Assembly (NCBI GenBank): GCA_964479375.1
Contig: CAYZKD010000002.1
Span: 46,100 to 68,522 of the forward strand
Direction: 5' to 3'
Length of the DNA stretch: 22,423 bases
DNA from: an uncultured Candidatus Saccharibacteria bacterium
GTDB lineage: Bacteria; Patescibacteriota; Minisyncoccia; Minisyncoccales; GWA2-38-27
The notes beneath the pieces were generated by a model. That model had not been told where the DNA came from and made no database searches. It worked only from the letters and a program-made list of their open reading frames with translations. This document shows, piece after piece, positions 1-6,090 of this stretch. Position numbers and translations under genes: made by a program. Every line of letters begins with the position of its first letter. Position 1 is the stretch's first letter.

Positions 1-1499
1 TATCAGACTTGGCTGAAGTCTTTCCTGTCCCTTCCCAGTTAACACAGGCTCTGGGTAATCTGGAGGGAATAACAGGCATTATCCAAGATCCTACTGACAT
101 CTCCAATATAATGGCTTCTATGGCAGATCTTTCAGAGATAGCTCCTCTTCCTGAATCCCTTGCCAATGTTTTGGGAAACCTAAGCGATTTAGGAAATCTC
201 ATGCCCATGGGGCCCGGAGGAATAGCGGGTTCCTTCTTGGGCGGGTCTTGCACTTGCGACCCCTGCAAAGATGTAAGGGGAAATATCCAAGAGCAAGAAG
301 CCAAAAACCTCGGCGCGATGTACTCGGGTGCAAAAATTGCTCAAACAGACGCCTTGGGAAATAAAACAGAAATAACCACTAGTTTAAAAGACGAACAGAA
401 TAAGGCGACAAAAGAAATACGCCTCATTAAAGAAGAAATAGACAAACTGGAAAGGGCGGAAAGTCTTATTTTAGGTTGCCCCATCTGGAACCTAAGCAGT
501 TTGGCAGAATTTTTGGATAAGAAAATCATTTATTCAGAGAATGAGTGGTTCCTTATTAATATCAGTTTTTGGGAAACAATCGTTGGCATTGCTAAAGATA
601 ATGAATGGGCAACTCTTTACTGCCCGGTCAGCGGCACCTATTGGGGCGAAGCAGAGTCGGCTATGAACCGGGCAGAAGAAAAAGAGGAAGAGGAAACAGA
701 AAAAGAATCCCTTGCGCTTGAAATAGCTCCCATATCTTGTTCTATAGAAGTCCCCGCAGGGGATGTGTTTGAAAGAACAAAAAAAACAGCATACAAAATA
801 GTAGAAAGATTAGAAAAAATAATCAGCGCCAACAAAGAGCTAATAGAGGCTGTAGACGAACTGCATACCCTGGTCAGCCAATGTTCTTCTCAGGCTCCCT
901 ATCCTGCTGTCTCAAACCGGAAAGGCTGCCTTTCTATCTGCATCCCGACAGCCTTTGGGTGTATAGAAAGGTGCGTGGGACAGCCCTGCCCCGATAAATC
1001 AATTGAAGAGAGTTTTCAGCAAATTATTAATATTATTGAAGGAATGCCGAACCGACCCGCTGGCGAAGAAAAAAAGGAAAAGGAGGGCATAAGGGATATT
1101 GTGCGCGCCAAGAAGAAAAATACCCCGGAGGCGACAAGAGACCCGGACAGAAGGGAACAAATAGGGCTGGCTACAATAATAGACCAAGAAGTGCCCAAGA
1201 TACTGGAAGATTTAGAGGTATTGGTCAGAAAGCCAATGAAAAAGTGCGTTGGGGGCACAGCATTATTGTCTTGTCCAAGCGCTCTTAGACAAATCGGTCC
1301 AGAAGGAGAGCCCCTTAAGTCCTGCCACCGCGAAGAAGGCTGGTACCAAGACTGCGTTTCTCAATGTTATCTAGAAGTAGGTCAAAAATCATACAGCGCC
1401 TGCCTTAAAAAATGCTTAGAAGAAACGGGCGCTCGCTACAATGTAAGAGATATTGCCGAAGGCCGTCATTTATTTAATTTTTACTGCTGCCACCCATAA
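1..1499 (+). CDS. 5'-truncated CDS (first Met at 9, frame open to window edge). Cys-rich secreted-type domain protein, paralogous to the C-terminal extension of the downstream pilin-like gene. Its N-terminal pilin-like part is presumably upstream of the window.
   Basis: The 496-aa ORF has no in-frame stop between position 3 and the Met at 9. It shares blocks with the ORF at 1502-2794: 'DLSEIAPLPESLANVLGNLSDL...GGSCTCDPC' aligns with 'SLAEAIKSAPQPLLNASLELKNL..ECDCQNTRAICLC', and 'SQCSSQ...KGCLSICIPTAFGCIERCVGQPCPDKSIEE..IINII' aligns with 'SQCFAS..TYGCHDRVEGCQPDKCQGGNPCPMGEI..ISKI'. A roughly 200-aa predicted coiled coil lies between the Cys clusters. There is no transmembrane segment in the visible part. 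Confidence 0.6.
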   Translation, partial: SDLAEVFPVPSQLTQALGNLEGITGIIQDPTDISNIMASMADLSEIAPLPESLANVLGNLSDLGNLMPMGPGGIAGSFLGGSCTCDPCKDVRGNIQEQEAKNLGAMYSGAKIAQTDALGNKTEITTSLKDEQNKATKEIRLIKEEIDKLERAESLILGCPIWNLSSLAEFLDKKIIYSENEWFLINISFWETIVGIAKDNEWATLYCPVSGTYWGEAESAMNRAEEKEEEETEKESLALEIAPISCSIEVPAGDVFERTKKTAYKIVERLEKIISANKELIEAVDELHTLVSQCSSQAPYPAVSNRKGCLSICIPTAFGCIERCVGQPCPDKSIEESFQQIINIIEGMPNRPAGEEKKEKEGIRDIVRAKKKNTPEATRDPDRREQIGLATIIDQEVPKILEDLEVLVRKPMKKCVGGTALLSCPSALRQIGPEGEPLKSCHREEGWYQDCVSQCYLEVGQKSYSACLKKCLEETGARYNVRDIAEGRHLFNFYCCHP

Positions 1500-1501
1500 T
1501 T

Positions 1502-2794
1502 GTGAAAATGATAAATAACAAAAAAATTGTGGCCGGTGTCCTGTTAGCGACAGTGAGTTTGGTTTTAACTGCCCCTGTTTTCTCCGGCAATAACGGAGAA
1601 TTTTCTGAAGGAAGGCCCCTTGAAATCGATTACCCCGAAATATCAGGCGTCCCCCCTTTAAAAACCACAGATGCTCCTCTTGCTTATTATGTTAGATATG
1701 TTTATAATTTCGCGATCATATCTTCCGGAGTTATAGCGCTTATCGTTCTTTTGACGGCAGGAATCCAATATCTCACTTCAACAGGGTCTCCCGAAAAAAT
1801 GAAAGGGGCCAAAAAACGCATCCTTTCTGTTTTCTGGGGAATAGCTATTTTATTCGGCTCTTATATCCTCCTAACAACGATAAACCCTCAAATGCTTTCC
1901 GCCCCATGGGAGGAGCCTCCGCCAATATCTTACCCGAAGCCCAGCCCTCCGCCCAACACTCCCTTCCCTACCAAAGATCTTTTGGGAAGGATAAGGAGTC
2001 TGGCAGAAGCCATAAAAAGCGCCCCTCAGCCTCTGCTGAACGCTTCTTTGGAATTAAAAAACCTAACTATGGAATGCGATTGTCAAAACACTCGCGCAAT
2101 CTGCCTTTGCACGGGAGGGGCCCCGGGAGCATCATGCGAACCTCGAGGCTGTTATGCCGGAGGCTCGGCCCATCCGTGTCCCCAGCCTGAAGAAATAAAG
2201 GTTTTGCAAAAAAACATAATAGATCAGAAGGATCTTATTCTTTACTCTCGGACCAGGGCTATTTCAGAAAAGGAAGACTTGGAGAGAGACATAGAAGAAT
2301 TTTTAAACTACGAAATAGCGTGGTATAATGAACAAATAGAAGTCGAAAAAGAAATCATTTCTCAGTCAGAAAGAGGAGTAAAAGAGGTTCACGAAAGAAG
2401 AGCGTACGAATTAGAGCAAAAAAGGGATTGGGTAAAAGAAAAGAGGTCTTATAAAGAAGATCTTATTCAAAAATTAGACGAACTGTCATCAGAGATCGCT
2501 CTTTTGGGCCCTCCCGCCGAAAAAATACCCCAACTATCAAGCCAATGCTTTGCCAGCGTCTCTGAAAAATGCGCCGCCACCTGCAAACAGGGCCCAACCT
2601 ATGGCTGTCACGACAGAGTAGAGGGATGCCAGCCAGACAAATGTCAAGGCGGAAATCCCTGTCCTATGGGCGAAATCCAAAACGAGATTTCTAAAATTAG
2701 CTCTCAGCCAAAAAAAATTATCGCTCTGTGTGACCAAATAATAGCCATTGTTAATAATATCAAAGAAGAACAAACGCTTAAGCGCTCTGACTAA
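1502..2794 (+). CDS. Secreted/membrane pilin-like protein. It has a signal peptide, a VirB2/TrbC-type two-helix hairpin, a Pro-rich linker, then Cys cluster, coiled coil and Cys cluster (430 aa, GTG start).
   Basis: N-terminal signal peptide MKMINNKKIVAGVLLATVSLVLTAPVFSG. Two hydrophobic helices (FAIISSGVIALIVLLTAGIQYL, then SVFWGIAILFGSYILLTTINPQ) are separated by the short charged loop STGSPEKMKGAKKRIL, the pattern of TrbC/VirB2-type pilins. A PPPISYPKPSPPPNTPFP linker follows. There are 8 Cys in ECDCQNTRAICLCTGGAPGASCEPRGCYAGGSAHPCP, about 110 aa of heptad-like charged sequence, then 7 Cys in SQCFASVSEKCAATCKQGPTYGCHDRVEGCQPDKCQGGNPCP. The stop of the upstream gene lies 2 nt before the start. 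Confidence 0.7.
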   Translation: MKMINNKKIVAGVLLATVSLVLTAPVFSGNNGEFSEGRPLEIDYPEISGVPPLKTTDAPLAYYVRYVYNFAIISSGVIALIVLLTAGIQYLTSTGSPEKMKGAKKRILSVFWGIAILFGSYILLTTINPQMLSAPWEEPPPISYPKPSPPPNTPFPTKDLLGRIRSLAEAIKSAPQPLLNASLELKNLTMECDCQNTRAICLCTGGAPGASCEPRGCYAGGSAHPCPQPEEIKVLQKNIIDQKDLILYSRTRAISEKEDLERDIEEFLNYEIAWYNEQIEVEKEIISQSERGVKEVHERRAYELEQKRDWVKEKRSYKEDLIQKLDELSSEIALLGPPAEKIPQLSSQCFASVSEKCAATCKQGPTYGCHDRVEGCQPDKCQGGNPCPMGEIQNEISKISSQPKKIIALCDQIIAIVNNIKEEQTLKRSD

Positions 2795-2797
2795 CTT

Positions 2798-4015
2798 ATG
2801 AAAAGGCTTATTATTCTCTGCCTCTTGGCAATAATTACTATCGTCTGCCTGCCCGACATAGCCGCCGCCGTCTCAGGACCTAGCCGAAATCTAGAAGTTA
2901 CTTATATTCCTTTCGCCGGAGAACCCGCCCCCACAAAAACGATTTCTTTGCCCGCATATGTTAAGTACCTCTATCACGGCGCCCTTGGCATTTGCGGATT
3001 TGTGGCCCTAGGAGTGCTTGTTTACGCCGGTTTTCAATATTTTTCTTCGGCGGGAGATCCTGAAAAAATAAAAGATTCTAAAAATCGAATCTTTTCGGCC
3101 ATTCTGGGGCTCGGAATTTTATTGCTCTCTTGGATAATTTTAAGCACAATAAACCCGCAACTGGTAGTGTTAAGATTGCCGGATGAATTGCCGCCCATTT
3201 TACCAAACCTAAACCCCGGCGTCTACCTTTGCAAAGAAAGAGTGGATATTGAAGGTTTTTGGCGCCAAAGACAAAGAGCTGAGTCCCAGTCTCCAGAAGA
3301 GCAAAAAAGGATTGTTTTAGGATTAGAACAGAAGCAAAAGGCTATCGATAATAATTGCTATATCGTTGGCGGCCAAGGCGGCATTCGAAAAACATTTAAC
3401 GACGAAGTGGACTGGGTTTACTTTGTCCCGGCCTTCAGAGAAAAGCAATATGGGGTTGTTCTTTATGAAGAAACGGGTTTTGGAGGAAGCTCTATGGTGA
3501 TATACGGCGACGGAAACCAGATCAAGGATTTAGAAAACCCTGTCGAATGGCTTCTGCCAGACGATTTTTTCGCCTCTTCGGCAAAGCCTTTCTTTTTTAA
3601 CTTCCGTCCTGACCCCTCCTGGTACGTTTCGGTTTTTCAATTAATCGACTACAATCGCGGCGAACCCGCAGCCGACGGCAAATGCTGGGCTGTAAGAAAA
3701 TTTGCTGGATGTGATGATATGGATATCGACGGAGTCACATACTATTTAAATCCTGGGCTGGGCCCTTTCCAGGAAACCGGATCTGTTAAAATTGAAGGAG
3801 ATTTAATCGCTATATTTTTTAAGAACCCGGGTTCTTGGACCCTAGAAAGCGAGATCGATGTTTACACCCAGAGCGACACTGATTTAAATAATAACAAAAT
3901 GGGGGATTGGCGGGAAGATTGCGTAGAAGAAAAAGGCGGTCCGGCGGGCTCATTCCGCGATCGGAGCTATCCCTGCGCCGACCGGATGATTATTGTTAGC
4001 GCAGAGATCTATTAA
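2798..4015 (+). CDS. Pilin-like paralog. It has the same signal peptide plus two-helix hairpin, fused to a different aromatic-rich C-terminal domain with a possible beta-gamma-crystallin-like Greek key (405 aa).
   Basis: Signal peptide MKRLIILCLLAIITIVCLPDIAAAVSG. The hairpin 'GICGFVALGVLVYAGFQYFSSAGDPEKIKDSKNRIFSAILGLGILLLSWIILSTINPQ' is collinear with the upstream ORF 'GVIALIVLLTAGIQYLTSTGSPEKMKGAKKRILSVFWGIAILFGSYILLTTINPQ'. The C-terminal domain contains 'VVLYEETGFGGSS', which fits the Y-x4-F-x-G Greek-key signature, plus scattered Cys. The gene starts 3 nt after the upstream stop. Confidence 0.7.
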   Translation: MKRLIILCLLAIITIVCLPDIAAAVSGPSRNLEVTYIPFAGEPAPTKTISLPAYVKYLYHGALGICGFVALGVLVYAGFQYFSSAGDPEKIKDSKNRIFSAILGLGILLLSWIILSTINPQLVVLRLPDELPPILPNLNPGVYLCKERVDIEGFWRQRQRAESQSPEEQKRIVLGLEQKQKAIDNNCYIVGGQGGIRKTFNDEVDWVYFVPAFREKQYGVVLYEETGFGGSSMVIYGDGNQIKDLENPVEWLLPDDFFASSAKPFFFNFRPDPSWYVSVFQLIDYNRGEPAADGKCWAVRKFAGCDDMDIDGVTYYLNPGLGPFQETGSVKIEGDLIAIFFKNPGSWTLESEIDVYTQSDTDLNNNKMGDWREDCVEEKGGPAGSFRDRSYPCADRMIIVSAEIY

Positions 4016-4026
4016 CTTTTTATGCG

Positions 4027-4506
4027 TTAGCGGGGCTTCACAACCACCCTTCTTTCTCTCCCCTCTCCCTTGCTTTCTGTTATTACGTCGCTTCTGTCCG
4101 CCAACTCCAGATGAATAACCCTCCTTTCATAAGAAGACATCGGAAGCATTGCTTTTTCTTCTTGGCTTAAAGCAACTTCATCCGCTAAAGAGCGGGCAGA
4201 CTCTTTCAGATAGTCTTCCTTTTTTTCTTTGTACTCGTTAATGTCTAAATCCAGATAAAAATTATCTTCTATTTTTCTTCTTGCCATAGATTTTATTAGT
4301 TTCTGAATTTCCATTAGCGTTTCCCCGCCCTGTCCTATTAATGTTTTAGGATCTTCTGTTGTAATTCTTACTGTTATTTTCCCGTCTTCTTTCTTTTCTG
4401 ATTCAATTTTCACCTCAAATCCGGCTTTCTCAAAAAACTCCCGGGTGATCTTTTTTATTTCTTTTAATGTTTTATCCCCGAACATTTTCTTTGTCTTTAA
4501 AAACAA
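4027..4506 (-). CDS. jag: Jag/KhpB RNA-binding protein with KH and R3H domains
   Basis: KH-type GxxG motif 'LIGQGGETL'. R3H-like 'ERRVIHLELA' near the C-terminus. The gene sits immediately downstream of yidC, as in the conserved rnpA-yidC-jag arrangement. Confidence 0.8.
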   Translation of the reverse strand: MFLKTKKMFGDKTLKEIKKITREFFEKAGFEVKIESEKKEDGKITVRITTEDPKTLIGQGGETLMEIQKLIKSMARRKIEDNFYLDLDINEYKEKKEDYLKESARSLADEVALSQEEKAMLPMSSYERRVIHLELADRSDVITESKGEGRERRVVVKPR

Positions 4507-5197
4507 AATATTGTTGCCCTATTGTGAACAAAGAAGTGGTTATCCAATAAAGACCGATAGCAGAGGGCAGGCGCAATAAGATTATAAAAGCGAATACGGG
4601 GAAAAGGAACTGGGCCTGTTTTTGGAATACCTCCCCGAACCCGCTCTCTTTTTTTGAGGATTGCTGGGGCATTTTAGTTTTCATCATCCGGGTCTGAAAG
4701 AATTGGGATATCCCCGCCAAAACGGCGATTGCCATCTTAGGCTCTGATAAGTCAATCAGCCCCAAAAAACTGGGGTCTATGGTGCCGGTAAAGTTAATAA
4801 AGCCGTACAAAAGATCTGTTTGTCCCTCTTTCAGCCCGGTCCAAAAAACGCGATAAAGAGCAATTAAAATAGGAAGTTGAGCTAAAAGAGGCAGGCAGCC
4901 GGAAAAAGGATTTATCTTTTCTTTTTTATACAATTCCATCAGTTTCTTGCTTTGCTCTTCTTTGTTGTCTTTGTACTTCTCCTGAATCTCTTTCATTTTG
5001 GGCTGGATACTGGAAAGAGCTTTCTGGGACTCAATGGCTTTTTTGCTCAGAGGGTAGAATAAAAACCTTATTGCTAAAGTTAATACAATAACGGCTATTC
5101 CGAAGTCGTGTCCCGGCAGGTAAAGATAAAGAAGCACCACAATATTCAACAGGGGTTGGTATAAAGCTACTCTGAAAAGATTAACTAAAAATTCCAT
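4472..5197 (-). CDS. yidC: Membrane protein insertase YidC (short Gram-positive/CPR-type form, 241 aa)
   Basis: Signature 'GCLPLLAQLPILIALYRVF' (YidC 'GClP.l.Q.PI..aly' motif). Multiple transmembrane helices. The position between yidD and jag fits. Confidence 0.85.
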   Translation of the reverse strand: MEFLVNLFRVALYQPLLNIVVLLYLYLPGHDFGIAVIVLTLAIRFLFYPLSKKAIESQKALSSIQPKMKEIQEKYKDNKEEQSKKLMELYKKEKINPFSGCLPLLAQLPILIALYRVFWTGLKEGQTDLLYGFINFTGTIDPSFLGLIDLSEPKMAIAVLAGISQFFQTRMMKTKMPQQSSKKESGFGEVFQKQAQFLFPVFAFIILLRLPSAIGLYWITTSLFTIGQQYFVFKDKENVRG

Positions 5198-5403
5198 TAG
5201 GGGAAATCAACACCCCCTTCGTTCCAGGGATGGCATTTTAAGATTCTTATAACTCCTTTTAAGACTCCCTTCCGGCTTCCGTATTTTGTTATGGCCAAAT
5301 GCGCATACTCGGAACAACTAGGATAGAATCTGCATCTCTTCCCCAGCAGCGGGGATATGGCGCTTTGGTAAAACCTAATTGCTTTTAAAAGGGTTTTTTT
5401 CAT
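5197..5403 (-). CDS. yidD: Membrane protein insertion efficiency factor YidD
   Basis: 'ISPLLGKRCRFYPSCSEYAHLAITKYG...ILKCHPWNEGGVDFP' matches the conserved YidD C..C...CHPW..GG.D motif. The 3' end overlaps the yidC start by 1 nt and the 5' end overlaps the rnpA stop by 4 nt. Confidence 0.9.
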   Translation of the reverse strand: MKKTLLKAIRFYQSAISPLLGKRCRFYPSCSEYAHLAITKYGSRKGVLKGVIRILKCHPWNEGGVDFP

Positions 5404-5738
5404 TCGCTTAGAAGGTCTGCTTTTTTAAGAATGTCTTTTATCAGGTCCCCGCAAACTTCTTCCGGCCGAAGCGGGGGGAATGCCAACAACACAACATCAA
5501 ATCCCTGCTTTACCGAAGAAAGATTCTGCCCTATCGCTTCTCTTATCTTCCTTTTGATTTTATTCCTCTCTGTTGCTCTTGAAGAGACTTTTTTACTGAC
5601 CGCGATCCCGAATCTGGTTTGGGAGAGATTGTTATCGGCGAATTTCAAAAGAAAAAATCTTCCCCTTGTTTTTTCTCCTTTTTTAAAAACCCTCTCAAAA
5701 TCTCTTTCTTTTTTAAGCCGGTTGGCCGCAGGAAGCAT
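5400..5738 (-). CDS. rnpA: Ribonuclease P protein component
   Basis: 'RLKKERDFERVFKKG...RFGIAVSKKVSSRATERNKIKRKIREA' is the typical RnpA basic motif. It is located between rpmH and yidD. Confidence 0.9.
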   Translation of the reverse strand: MLPAANRLKKERDFERVFKKGEKTRGRFFLLKFADNNLSQTRFGIAVSKKVSSRATERNKIKRKIREAIGQNLSSVKQGFDVVLLAFPPLRPEEVCGDLIKDILKKADLLSE

Positions 5739-5746
5739 AATTTGAA

Positions 5747-5881
5747 TTAAGAAGAAAGCTTTTCTCTTTTTTTAGCCCTTCTTCTTTTCAAAATCCTTTT
5801 TCCGTTTCCCTTTTTTTGTCGAGACAAGAAGCCGTGCGCCCTTTTTCTTTTTTTTCTTTTTGGTTGATAGGTCGTTGACAT
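5747..5881 (-). CDS. rpmH: 50S ribosomal protein L34 (44 aa). Not in the ORF track; found by manual translation.
   Basis: The reverse-complement translation from the ATG at 5881 gives MSTTYQPKRKKRKRAHGFLSRQKKGNGKRILKRRRAKKREKLSS and a stop at 5747-5749. This is the canonical L34 pattern (M..TYQP..KR.R.HGF..R......G...L..RR.KGR..L). It lies 8 nt upstream of rnpA, as universally found. Confidence 0.85.
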   Translation of the reverse strand: MSTTYQPKRKKRKRAHGFLSRQKKGNGKRILKRRRAKKREKLSS

Positions 5882-5911
5882 GGAATGATGTTAAAATTTA
5901 TTAATATTTCC

Positions 5912-5942
5912 AGTATAATCTTTAATCAGAAGGAGGTCAATT
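5912..5942 (-). promoter_or_regulatory. Sigma70-type promoter for the rpmH-rnpA-yidD-yidC-jag operon (TTGACC, 17 nt spacer, TATACT on the minus strand)
   Basis: The reverse complement of 5937-5942 is TTGACC. The spacer is 17 nt. The reverse complement of 5912-5917 is TATACT. The predicted transcript start is about 24 nt upstream of the rpmH ATG. The same region carries a plus-strand TATAAT (5914-5919) that could serve dnaA. Confidence 0.45.
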
Positions 5943-6090
5943 GCTAACAGAAAACAACAACCCTTTAACATCTTTTCCCCATCTTTTCAACAATTAACGC
6001 TTGTTCTCTCTTATTTCTTTTTTGTTTGACACGCCGAATAAAGAGGTATTAAATGAAGTATTGGGAGGTTAATTATAAATCCATTTCTCT

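Noticed and set aside
1906-2190. Plus-strand 94-aa ORF and 2537-2773 minus-strand 78-aa ORF inside the 1502-2794 gene
   Set aside because: They are alternate-frame or antisense overlaps of a gene with a coherent domain architecture. No independent evidence.
4472-4506. 35-nt overlap between the jag start and the yidC stop
   Set aside because: It is probably an over-extended jag start. A second in-frame Met 7 codons downstream reduces the overlap. It is not a frameshift or fusion.
5431-5745. Plus-strand 104-aa ORF antisense to rnpA
   Set aside because: rnpA on the minus strand carries the conserved RnpA motifs. The antisense ORF has none.
5931-5997. Strong AAGGAGGT followed by a TTG and an 18-codon mini-ORF upstream of dnaA
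   Set aside because: The 'SD' is the complement of the -35 hexamer (TTGACC) of the rpmH promoter. The TTG mini-ORF has no support.
5882-6090. Search for DnaA boxes in the rpmH-dnaA spacer
   Set aside because: Only matches with 2 or more mismatches, such as TTTTCCCCA. The better boxes are in the dnaA-dnaN spacer, so oriC was placed there. This is tentative.
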